Of a stretch of 64,000 nucleotides of DNA, positions 38,071 to 49,448 are shown piece by piece. The stretch's first letter is position 1. The number at the start of each line of letters is the position of its first letter. This stretch comes from Hypanus sabinus (Eukaryota), in NCBI RefSeq assembly GCF_030144855.1, contig NC_082721.1, forward strand, positions 20,336,001 to 20,400,000, written 5' to 3'. The notes below the pieces were generated by a model. The model was not told the origin of the DNA. It saw nothing but the letters and a program-made list of their open reading frames with translations, and did not search any database. Position numbers and translations under genes: made by a program.

Positions 38071-38259
38071 ATTCTTGAAAAATAATACCAACACGCTTAA
38101 TTAGAACTTTACAAACATATGGCAAGTAATGGGAAAGAAGGGCATACGGCCTTCAAATCAGCAGAACTGTTTATTGATTAGAAGAGAAAATAAAGAATTG
38201 CGGTTCGAAAGTGCCTTTCATTTCCTTGTTAGATCACCCTGACAGCATTACAGGAAAAA

Positions 38260-39230
38260 CAAGAACACTGAAAGAACTCAGCAGATCATGGAGGCAAAAG
38301 GTGTAAGTGCTCATGTCAGGTTGAGACCCGGCATCAGGACTGACAGGCTGGTAGGTAATAGGTGAAGCCTGATGGGGGGTGAATGATGGGCAGATGGAAC
38401 CAGGTAGGGGGTGGGACTGAGGCTGGTAGGTGATATGTGGAGTCATATCATGAAGCGATGGTAAGCAGATGGAGCCTGGTGGGAAGAGGGGATGGGAGAA
38501 GGAAGCTTGACGGTTGGGTGAGTGTGTGTAGGAGAAGAACACCAGGCGTGGCTTACCTGAAAGTGGAGCATACCCGTGCTCAAAGCATTGGGTTGTAAGC
38601 TACCCAAACGGAAAATGAGATGTTTTTCTACCAGTTTGCTTTTGAGATCTCCATGACAATGGACAAATGGGTGGTATGGTGGAGTTACGTCTCTACCAAG
38701 GGAGGTGTAAGGCGCTCCTTCCCTCTGCTAATCTGTAGGTCACCCTTGGGCAAGGTGTAGCACCTGCTTAGTCCTACGATCAGAGTCATGTGAAGCCATG
38801 GGGGCAGGTGGCGGGTGGTCGTATGAGCAGCTAGTGCATATCACAAGTCCTGGTTATGCCAACACTGAGGCCAGGCAGACAGTCTCTGAAGAGTATTGAT
38901 AATGGCTGATATCCCCCATCTTGTAAAGATACTGCCCAGAAGAAGATAGTGGCAAACCACTTCTGTAGAAAAATTTGCCAAGAACAATCATAGTGATGAG
39001 ATCATGAACTCCTGCGTCATACAACCCAGCACGTAATGATGGTGATAACAATGAAGAAGGCCAATGACAGACAAGTTAAAGTGGGAGAAGGAAGGAGAGC
39101 CAAAGTGACAGGCAACCAGAAGAACAAGATGGCTGACTTGGATAGAGTACAAATGCTGCACAAAATGGCCACCTAGTCTCCATGCCATTTGAGTGGTTGT
39201 CTTCATCTGGATGAAGCTATACAAAGTCTC
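38260..39230 (-). mobile_element. Penelope-like 3' fragment interrupted by an RTE-derived element
   Basis: Reverse complement RLGGHFVQHL...VACHF GIY-YIG remnant; terminal repeat with a decayed hammerhead at ~38305-38342. Confidence 0.7.
38664..39045 (+). mobile_element. RTE-derived non-autonomous element (copy 1)
   Basis: Homologous to 43455-43841; degenerate TSD tgacaatgga/taacaatgaa. Confidence 0.8.
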
Positions 39231-40291
39231 GCTTCTTTGAGTGATAAGACATTGGCGGGAGCAAAGGAATCTTCACACAGCTACCTTTAATATTTAAATC
39301 AGGTATGTAGCAAAATGGATACACAGTTAGTGTGGTTGGTAAGCTACAGTGAAGACCAGCCTCAGTGGGTCCCAGAGATGAACACAGGGACAGAGAGTGA
39401 TAAAGGACTATAAATAAGCAGAATTAACTTTTTTTTAGTGGAGAAGCCTGCCTTGAGCTAATCAGATTTAGCAATGGTTTTATTATAGCTTTAAGACCTG
39501 TCCAAGATAGATACTGTAACCTTGATTTTCTAATCATGAGAATGGAATGCTGGCATTAAACCACTTAATGAGTTCGCCAGTGGCAGTGAAGTGATCGATC
39601 AGATAATCTACCTTTGTCTGTTAGTGACAAGGAAGTGAAAAAAAATTGCAAAGAGCTCCTGTTCCTGCTCGGTGTGAAGTGACTGCCTCCTTTGCCTGGT
39701 GGGCACAAGATTGTGGGACCAGGTCGGTGTATGAGGGTGAATAGCTGCGGGACAGCAGTACATAGACCCTGAATGTACTGACCACAGAACAGCAATACTA
39801 GTGGGGCTGAACTGTACCAACGAGAGACACCTCATAGAGAGGGTATGAGTCACTGCAGTACTACAGTGCACCTTCTTTCAGATCCCTCTAGTTTTCCCAG
39901 ACATTTTCCCTGAGGACAAAGTTTAAAAATTGTGACTGAAATGGTTCCTGCCCTGCTCCAAAGTTTGTTCACCTGATCACTCATCCATATGTGCTGTGCA
40001 CATCAGTTACGCTTACTGTAAGACAGAGCTCTGACATATTCATTAGGTACTAGTACCCACAGCAAACCCGTATCTACATATATGATATTAAAAACTATAA
40101 AAAATTGACAAGTGCATATTAGAGTCTGGACACCTTATGGCAAGTTATGCATATTCTGTTGAACAAGCCAAGAGTCAGGAGTGATATAGAGTGATATAGA
40201 ATACTTTCCAATGCTTGCTTCGATAAGTCCACCTCTAGTAAATTTCAAGAAGTTCCATATTTCATGTTCAAGGCAGCCTAGCTGATGACAC

Positions 40292-40524
40292 TGTGGTGAA
40301 CTACATATACCTGTCTGGACACGCCCCCCTGCTGACTGCTCCTGTGGCTCCTCCCACTGACCGTGGCTCCTCCCACAGACCCCAGTATAAAGGCGATTGG
40401 AGACACCGCCCCGGCCTCAGACTCCAGGATGCAGTGTGGTGGTCAATTGCTGCTTGTTCTTTCTTCCAGCCAATAAAAGTCTATATCTCGCCTCGCGTCT
40501 CTGAGAGTTATTGATGGTGCATCA
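40292..40524 (+). mobile_element. Solo LTR, family A (copy 3)
   Basis: TG...CA ends, TATAAA and AATAAA; TSD GACAC (40287-40291, 40525-40529); internal duplication of gtggctcctcccac. Confidence 0.9.
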
Positions 40525-40737
40525 GACACCCCACCCACTAATCCATACACTCATTTCCTTCTCCATCAATGTAGTACATCTGTAGAGGATACCAATCTAC
40601 AAAATGCAGTTCAGTAACTCGCCTACACCACTATGTACCAAATCGCAAGATCTACCATCAAGGTGGAAAAGGCAGTAAACTTATGGAAACATATCCTCCA
40701 GCTCTCCTTCAAATCACACGCCATCCTGATTTGGAGA

Positions 40738-41525
40738 TGTGAGAGTCTGCGGATGCTGGAGTCCAGAGCGACACACAATCAGATGGAAAAACTCGGCAGG
40801 CCGAGCAGCATTCGTGTGGGGGAGGAACTGTCAACGTTACAAGTCAAAACCCTGAGGGGAGATGGTCAGTAGAAAGAGGGTAAGGAGTGTGGTGAGACAG
40901 GAACTCAAGGTGATTGGTAGATGGAGGGGGGGAGAAGGATGATGGGCAGATAGGAGAAGACAGGCATTGGAGTTGGGAGGCAGTGACAGTATATTGAACA
41001 AAGCGAGAAAAAGTCAAGAGGCGGATAGAATGAGGTGGGGAGAGGGAAGAGGGGCAATTGCTGGACAGAAATAGGCAGGAAAACAAACCCAATGTGGGAG
41101 GTGTGAGTGCAGTTTGTGTAGTGAGTAGATAGAATCAGGGAGGAAAGGAGAGGAAAATACAAGGGAAGGAAAAGGATCTGAGAAAAAATGAAGTGAAGGA
41201 AAGAGAGAAAAAACTATCAGAGAGGAGGGTCCATGATAAAGGGTCTCAACCTGAAACATTGACTGTTTATTCCTCTCCATAGAGGCTGACTGACCTGCTG
41301 AATTCCTCCAGCATTTTGTGTGCGCTGCTCTGGATTTCCAGTGTTCGAAGAATCTCTTCTGTTTATCAGAGAGGTGGGTTACCTAAAATTGAAAAGCTTA
41401 GCGTTCATACCCTCAGCTTTTAGATTAGGAATATGAGGTGCTGTTCCTCTAGTTTTTGTTGGCAGTGGAGAAGGTCATTGTGGGAACGGGAAGCAGAATT
41501 GAAAAGGCAAAGGAACAGGGAGTTG
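40738..41525 (-). mobile_element. Old Penelope 3' fragment containing an oppositely oriented PLE terminus (~41233-41365)
   Basis: gatgctggagtccagagcgacacac terminus, purine tract and aatatgaggtgctgttcctc; inner piece gggtctcaacctgaaacattgactg. Confidence 0.65.
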
Positions 41526-41571
41526 GGATGACTACTTCAGAACATATTCCCTGACTTGGAAGTAGACTACC

Positions 41572-41788
41572 TGTGGTGAACTACATGTACCTGTCTGGAC
41601 ACGACCACTGCTGACTGCTCCTGTGGCTCCTCCCACAGACCCCGGTATAAAGGCGATTGAGGTCTGAGCCTGGCCTCTCTGTCTCCAGGACGTCGTATAG
41701 TGGTCACTCACTGTTTGTTCCTTCTTCCAGTCAATAAAAGCCGATATCTCACCTTTACGTCTCAGAGAGAGTTATTGATGGTGCATCA
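41572..41788 (+). mobile_element. Solo LTR, family A (copy 4)
   Basis: TG...CA ends, TATAAA and AATAAA; TSD CTACC (41567-41571, 41789-41793). Confidence 0.9.
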
Positions 41789-42867
41789 CTACCATTCTTT
41801 CATTGAGGTTGGATTGGAGTTCCTTCACCATGCAGACTACAGTGCTTGAAGAAAGTGGTTAATCGTCTTTTTACATACAATTAGAGATGGGAAATAAATA
41901 CTGTTCTTGTCAACCAGATCCATGGCCTTTTAGGTACTAAATATATGAGTTCTTCTGATTGAGCCAAATTGTTGCCATATCCACTGGCTGAAGACTGTTG
42001 ATTACTCTTTGCTCCAGAGCTTAAAATTTTGACTTTGGTCTCCATACTTGCATATGATAGTAGTTTTCTATCAGCCTCCTGGCCATCACTAACTTTGTGA
42101 TATTTTACTTGGCTGCTCGTCAATTGACTGTGGTACAAATGTCCGTCTTCAAATGAACAGCTTCCTAATCCATCTTCAAGTTGACTTTCCACTCAACATT
42201 ATTTCCTTTCTGAACCACAGCCAAAAGATAAATGTCCCTATTTTCACTCTCTTCCAAATAATCAAAAAACCTCTCGCTTCTCTGGTTGATGGTATTTACT
42301 TTTCTTTATTCAGCAAAGAGGTTTCAATTTTATACTGCATACATTTTAACTATACCCTAAAGGGAATAAATAAAGCCAATTAGGGAATTCAGCAGAAGTT
42401 TCTTTTACACACAATGGTGACTAGAATGTGGAACATTTTAACATAAGGAGCAATTGAGGCAAATTGCATTAACTTATTTCAATGGAAGCTGAGTGAATAC
42501 ATTGTGGGTAAAAGGAAATACAGCTTCTACTGACAGGGTAGATACATGAAGAGCAGAACAAAACAAGCATCGCAACAGTACCAATATTTCAAAAAGATAG
42601 GATGCTGTGCAGCCTTGTGAGCTTGTGAGCAAAAATTAATCTATAGGAATTGGTATAGGCTGCTGCATCTTCAGTGAGAATGTATTTGACCTAATCTCCC
42701 GTCTCTTAGATTAACAATAAGGTATTAGAATCTCAAAAGTGATATAAACACTTGTTCAAACTTTCACTAGTCTGTTTGTATAGTACTGTTCCCTAATTTT
42801 GTATAACAATTGTGCGATTCTAATTTTTGGTTCCTGTCATTAAATTCCCTCCTTGAAGTAGATTCTC

Positions 42868-43045
42868 ATAAACAGAAGAGATACTGCAGACACTGCAAAT
42901 CCAGATATGCAATGCACACACACAAAATGTTGAAGGAGTTCAGCAGGTCTGATGAAGGTAACAGCTGGAAATGTCAACTGTTTATTCTTCTCTATAGATG
43001 CTGCCCATTCTGCTGAGTTCCTCCAGCATTTTGTGTGTGCTACCC
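42868..43045. mobile_element. Fold-back Penelope terminal element
   Basis: 14-bp TSD tgaagtagattctc (42854-42867, 43046-43059); inversion junction directly at CTGATGA. Confidence 0.85.
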
Positions 43046-43454
43046 TGAAGTAGATTCTCTCCATCTACGCAGCCTTAATTTCAGTGATAGCCCTTCATAA
43101 ATTAGTTCTTGGAGTCCAAGTGTCACTTTGGTGAATACATGCACCTTGCTTTCCAAGATCAATACACCATCCCAACATGCTGCGCCCAGAACTGCTCACA
43201 AGCTTTACAATCTCCTTTTATGTCAATCCTCTGTCAACCTTTGTGATTATTCTCTATGTTAATCTTAGACATTTTGATTTTCAACCTGTGTGAACTCTCA
43301 AGTTCCTTTGGAGTGTTTGTTTCATCATTCTGAAGTTAGTCAATTTTTTTTACATTTAAAGAGAATTACTTTTCTTTTGCCTGGATTGAAATGTATTTGC
43401 TGCACTTTTTCCACTTTTGCTGAAGAGATTGATATGTCTGACTAATACATAAGC

Positions 43455-43841
43455 GTGGGTGGCAGGCTGGAGATATGTCTCTACCAATGGAGGTGTAAAT
43501 TGCTCCATCCCTCTGCTAGCCTGCAGCACACTCCTGGGCAAGGTGTAGCATCTGCTTGGTTCCCTGATCAGGGACCCGTGAACCAGGGGAGCAGGTGGTG
43601 GATGGTCCTATGAGCAGCTTGTGCAAATCATGAGCCCTGGTTATGCGACCACCGATGCCAGGCAGACATTCTCTGAAGAGTATTGATAAAGGCTGGGCTC
43701 ACCCATCTTGTAAAGACACTGCCCAGAAGAAGGCAATGTACCAGTTCTGTAGAAAAACTTACAGAGAGAAATTATGGTCGTGGAAAGACCATGATCGCCC
43801 ACATCATACGACATGGCACATGATGATGATGATGATGATGG
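43455..43841 (+). mobile_element. RTE-derived non-autonomous element (copy 2)
   Basis: TSD atacataagc (43445-43454, 43842-43851); gaagaaggcaatg motif; RTE-like C-terminal coding WKTMIAH..RHGT-stop; (TGA)n tail. Confidence 0.85.
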
Positions 43842-44124
43842 ATACATAAGCATCAATGAAATATAGACCCATGGCTTCATTTAACATTTGGGGTCCTCTG
43901 TTGTATTGGTTAAGTGGGTCGACGTACTAATGAATGTCTGCTGTTTGGTCACACTGATGCCAATGGAACTAAATCTCAAAGCAAGTATTAATGTGTAGGA
44001 GTTAACTGCGTTATGAGTTTAGAAAGGATGGCTTTATAATTCTAAACAACCTGTGATGTTATAGGTTCAGATTTATAACATTGCCACAATATTTAAATTA
44101 TGCTGAATCCCCATTGGTAAATGT

Positions 44125-45013
44125 TCAGATTCAGATTCAGTTTATTGTCATTTAGAAACCACAAATGCAATGCAGTTAAAAAATGAGACAACGTTCCTCC
44201 AGAATGATATCACAAAAGCATATGACAAAACAGACTACACCGGAAAATCCATGAAACGTTTGGCAATCCCCAATCCAGAGTCCGGAGAGGCTGCTGCGTA
44301 TTAATATTGTGCTACCATCTTAGCACTTTCCCCGGAAAGGAGCTCCAAATCCACCAGACAAAACAAGACCAAAAACTAAAGCTACAAGACCTTCACAAAA
44401 CCACATAGTTACAACATATAGTTACAACAGTGCAAACAATAGCATAATTGATAAAAATAAACAGACCATGGGCACAGTAAAAGTAGTCCAAAGATATTAA
44501 AGGACTATAAGTTCAAAAGAAATCACCACACAGTTTCCACAAGTCCCCAGGGTCCCGACAGACTCACCATCCCACGCCGGCGGCAGAAAGGAATACCCCC
44601 GCTATAGATTTCCATGGCGCCGCCCGACTCAGCCTCTCAGACGCAGCAGACAGTGAAAGCTCCGTCGAAACCAACAACACAAACTGACAGCGACCTGATT
44701 GCAGCGGACTCCGAGTCCATCGAACCTCCGAGCCGACGACCATCCCCTCCGGCACAGCTTCTCTGAGCACCATCCTCTGCCGAGCGTATTAAGACGGCCC
44801 CGCCAACGGCCATCGACCCCGAGGACTGGGGGCCTGTTCTTCCCAGCAGCAGCAGCAACAAAGAAGGTCTTCCTGGAGATTTCCAGATGTTCCTCTGTGC
44901 TCCCACGTCCATTTTCAATCGATTATGATTGCGCACTGCACCCCACTTCACAAATAACAGATAATCAGCTCCGGAGTGGCCGCTGCAAACTGCGTCGCGC
45001 TGCCATCTTGGAT
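44125..45013 (-). mobile_element. Young CpG-rich non-autonomous LINE derivative
   Basis: Reverse complement starts atccAAGATGGC and ends aatgacaataaa(CTGAAT)3; no credible ORF. Confidence 0.65.
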
Positions 45014-45380
45014 TCCTAAATAGTGAAATAGTGAATATTCTTATTAAGTTTAGACGAGAGTAATGTGAATTCTAAAGTTCCATATCTACGGCTATATAGT
45101 CAGCAGGTTTAATTTCAGCTCTGAGACATTGGATACTTAAAACAATCCAATCTTTAGCTGTTAGATGACCCTTTACAGTTATTAATGAGTGAAGGTCGTT
45201 GTTGATACAGAGGTGAATGTCTGTGTGGGTTGTGAGAAGGGTACAGAGTGGCTCTGGAGGGAGGAAGACAAACAAGGTGAATGGGTAAAGAAATGGAGCA
45301 AAATGTGCAAAAATGTAAGGTTATCTGTTTTGGTATAAATAATAAAATGGGGAAATATTTTTTAAATGCTGAGAAATAAT

Positions 45381-45510
45381 AAACATGAGAAATTCTGCAG
45401 ATGCTGGAAATCCAAAACAACACAAACACTGGAGGAACTCGGTAGGTCAGACATCATCTATGGAAACAAATAAGCCCTCGGCGTTTTGGACCGAGACCCT
45501 TCTTCAGGAT
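45381..45510 (-). mobile_element. Penelope terminal fragment
   Basis: aaacatgagaaattctgcagatgctgg...gagacccttcttcagga, flanked by ctgagaaat repeats. Confidence 0.75.
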
Positions 45511-45619
45511 ATACTGAGAAATGTTGTAATTGCAGATTGTCCAGGATATCAGAATCAGAGTCAGGTTTATTATCACTGACATATGTCATGAAATTTGTTG
45601 TTTTACGGTGTGCAAGATG

Positions 45620-46525
45620 ATAGAGACATAGTTGATAGCCAAAGTCTTTTTCCCCAGGGCAGAAATAGCTAATACTGGGGGTGGTGGGGGGGGGGGGGCG
45701 GTGTTAGAGGTAAGTTCTTTACACAGAGAGTGGTGAGCATGTGGAACACCCTGCCAGGTGTGGTGGTGGGGACAAATACATTAAGGGCATTTAAGAAACT
45801 CTTACGTAGGCTCATGGGTGGTAGAAAACTGGAGGGCAACGTAGGAGGAAAGGGTTTGATTGATCTTAGTAGGTTAAAAGGTCAACACAACATAATGGGC
45901 TGAAGGGCCTGTCCTGTGCTCTAGTGTTTAATCTTCTATATTTTTGTTTTATGTTCGATGAAATTGAAGAGTGAAATTGTTCCAAGGGAGTTGGGTGTCC
46001 TTTTACACAAATTGCTGAGAGAGTCAGTAAGCAATGAGGAAACTAATAACACATTGATGTTCATTGCAAGAGAAATTGAGTATGGTGTTGTGGTGTCTTG
46101 TTCCAATTACACTGAGGCTTCATGAGACTGTACTCAGTTCTGGTCTCTCTATGAAAATAAGGGTATAGTTGCAGTAGAGGAAGCACATGAATCCTAGAGC
46201 TCAGAAAAACAAGAAACAATCTTATTAAAGCATACAACATTCTTGCAGAGCAAGAAAGGATAAACTTGGGTTTGACGTTTCCCCTGGCTGCAACCAGAAT
46301 TACAGTATCATGAGAAGAAGTTGGCCATTGTGAAGAGATTTGAGAAGAAATTCCTTCGTCAGCGGAGAAACTTCAGAACTTACTTTCTGAGAGAGCTCAT
46401 GGAAGCTCAGACATCAAAATTATTCAGCATACAGATGAATATAGCTTTAAATATTAAAGGAAGCAAGGAATATAGTGCTAACACAAGAAAATGGTGCTGA
46501 AGTTAGAGACCTGCTATCATCTTAA
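45620..46525 (+). mobile_element. CR1 3' fragments (two pieces)
   Basis: tttacacagagagtggtg and gggctgaagggcctgtcctgtgct; older piece with cagttctggtctc and gctgaatggcct. Confidence 0.65.
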
Positions 46526-47040
46526 TGAATGTCAGAGCAGGTATGAGGGGCTGAATGGCCTATTTCAGCCGTTGTTGCTTATGTCACAATAAAACTCTGA
46601 TAATCAGGCACTCTGGATATTGAATGATGCTGTTTTAGCAGATTCTGCAGAATATCAGATGTTATTCTTGAACACAATAAGACATATTAAATTCACATTC
46701 TTAAAAATGTTTCATGGTGGAATAATAGATATTCCATAAACCTGGAAGTTTAAAGTGAGCAGGAGAGAAACAAATCCCAGTTAGTTTTAAGGAATTGAAG
46801 GAAAGCAAGCTAGAATTAGAATCAGAATCAGATTTATTATCATTGACATATGTTGTGAACTTCATTGCTTTGTGGCAGCAGTAAAATGCAAAACATAAAA
46901 TATACTATAATTTCAATAAGTAATATATAAAATAAACCAACAGAGCAAAAAGAGAGCAAAAATACTGAAGTGGAGTTTGGGTTTGGGTATTTGATCCTCC
47001 ACAATATTCCGTATGGGAATTTAAACTGGAGGTGGCAGTG

Positions 47041-47185
47041 TTTTTTTTAATGAGGTCGAGCTGCGAGCTCGACATCAACCTGGCACGGATGGATTGCGGC
47101 ACAGGAGCGCTCTGTCACTGGATCGAACTCGGGAACCTCTGTTCTCAAGCCCGGCGCTGATCTCACTGTGCCACCGGCCGACCAT
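47041..47185 (-). mobile_element. tRNA-derived SINE
   Basis: Reverse complement: A box tggcacagtga, B box gagttcgatcc; A-tail. Confidence 0.7.
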
Positions 47186-47554
47186 GACTTCACGGATTCA
47201 ACGTCCATTCAGAAATTTGAAGGCAGAGGGAAAGAAGCTGTTCCTAAAACATTGAAAGCATGTCTTCAGGATCTTGTACCTCCTCTCTGGTGTTAGTAAT
47301 AAGAAGAGTGCTTGTCCTAGGTGGTGAGGGTCTTAATGAGGAATGCCGGCTTCTTGAAGCATCACCTTTTGAAGGTGTCCTCGATGCTGTGGAAGCTGGT
47401 GCCCATGACGGAGCTGGCTGTGTTTACAATGTTCTACAGCTTTTTTTTCCAATCCTGTGCGGTTGCCCCTCCATTCAATGGTATTTATGAATAAGCAAGA
47501 CACTTCTAATTTACTTTTATTAGATGTTATAGGGTAGGTCATAAAATATTCCAT

Positions 47555-47993
47555 TGTTAGGGCATATTCTGGAGTCAGGGTAAATAGTAAATGCTAATTT
47601 CATCAGCAACCAATCTTCAGACATGAACGTGGACTGTAGATTGAATTTAAAAAGCAGCCCTGAACAATAGTTTTCCTGGAGCTGCAGACTGGAGTTGATT
47701 GCAAACCAGACAATGCTGGTTACCATTCATTTTGGGTGTCTGGAATGCGGGTGCGAAGAAGGAGGTGTATGAAAACTATATATAATTAAAAGGAAGCGTT
47801 GCAGATACATTGTAGTTATAGAATTGTCCTGCTTTGATCTTTAGCGTATAAAAGTGTCATGTAATATTGGGTCAGGCAGCCTCTTCCTCCAAGGAGGTCT
47901 CAATATGATGCCCGCTGCTTGCTTTTGTTGAATAAAACACTTCTATATCCACTAGCTCAGTGTCTCTATGATGACTTTGTTCATGTTACGATA
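47555..47993 (+). mobile_element. Solo LTR, family B (Gypsy-like)
   Basis: TGTTAGGG start, TATAAAA ~47847, AATAAA 47931, end gttacgata; TSD ccat/ccac; empty-site paralog at ~46730-46745. Confidence 0.6.
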
Positions 47994-49448
47994 CCACAGA
48001 CTTGGAGGTTTAAAGTGAACATGGGGAAACAAATCCCAGCAGGTTTTAAGGGAGTGAAGGAAGCCAAACCATGTGAGATTCAAGGGAGCACGAATCCCAC
48101 AATCTCTTTGACCCATGACTGTCAGGAAGGAGGTAGAGCATCATCAGGGCTTGGACCAGCAGACTGGATAACAGCTTCTTCCCTCAGGCTGTGAGACTAA
48201 TGAACACTCTGCTTCCACCGAGATCCCATCATTAGGACTGCAAACTGTTTACTGTTTATTTGTGCTGCACACAACATGTGCTTTGAATTATACTTTATTA
48301 GTGTATTTGTGGTAATATCTTGTTTTTTTTTTACATAGTTGTGTGTGCTATATGCTTTGTGGGTGCACTGTGGTCCAGAGGAACATTGTTTTTCCTTGGT
48401 TGTATTTATGTACAGTCAGATGACAATGAACTTTAACTTGAACTTCAGCCAAGGCCCCAATGAATAAAAGAGCATGATATAGATACGGTAAAGGGAGCAT
48501 GGAATCAACATCTGGTAAAGCAGATCCTGAATTACCAGGAATTTGCATAAACAGATTCCGGAGTTTCACTGTAGTTTTAAACCACGGCTAATTTCCTCAG
48601 TCTTACTTACTTAGATTAAATTTATGGGGGAAGAGGCAGATGGGAATATTCATACTGCTTCCTCCATTTTGGTTTGGTTAATTTTTCCCTAACAGTGGAG
48701 GAAATGACTGCAGGTTAAGATGAAGAAAATGTATCAGCGTAACACTAAACGTGATCAGGTAACAATCCCCAGCAAATATCAAGAACATCAAAAAGGAAGT
48801 CGATTTTAGTGGCCTGTCAGACCAAGACCTTCGTCTCCTCTGACAGCAGACACTTCATGCACTGGGAACTAGTCTGCTTGAGCAATGAAGGGTCACAGGT
48901 ACAAGTTCACCACCCAAAGGAACTCTCCATGTTTTTCATCTTGATTTGCACTCCTGTCAATCATATTCTTTGTCAGTTTCACAGAACCTCTAGACACCCA
49001 GAGATCCTGCTGCAAGGTTGCTGATATAGAACCGAACAGAACACACAAACCTCTGCTGGCAATAGTAATGTAATACCGAGTTCTAATATACAGCATTATA
49101 ATTTTCCAAGATTTGAGAAACAATCAAAATGTGACAGCACGGTGGCATTGATAGTGGAACTTTATCATAGCTTCAGTCACCTGGGATCTATTCTAATCAC
49201 TGGAGCTGTCTGTGTGAAGTTTACACACTTCCTCAGAAATTCGTCCTGCTAGGGCTTCCTCTTGTTTTCTCCAACTTGCCTATGACACACACATTCATAG
49301 TTTAAACAATGTAACTGAGTGCATGGAGTGGAAGAATGGATAGATAGGAGAAAATAGATTACAGGTAAAATTGGGGGGGGGGATGATGGTGGGATTGCTA
49401 TGTGAGCCATCATAGATGAAATGGGCTGAATGGCCCTGCGTACCATAA

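Larger units (their letters stand above)
46587..48571. mobile_element. Possible Tigger-like DNA element hosting a nested cluster (Rex1 ~46815-47480, SINE, solo LTR, Rex1 tail ~48130-48445)
   Basis: Imperfect TIRs caataaaactctgataatc / gattccggagtttcactg followed by TA; internal duplication 46677-46810 vs 47497-48065. Confidence 0.4.

Noticed and set aside
41881-42192. 103-aa minus-strand ORF in unique DNA
   Set aside because: Non-ATG start directly after a stop, no convincing splice sites and no recognisable domain
43455-43600. HDV-like ribozyme at the 5' end of the RTE derivative
   Set aside because: GGGUGGC/GUCACCC could form P1, but I could not fit P3/L3 or J4/2 by eye
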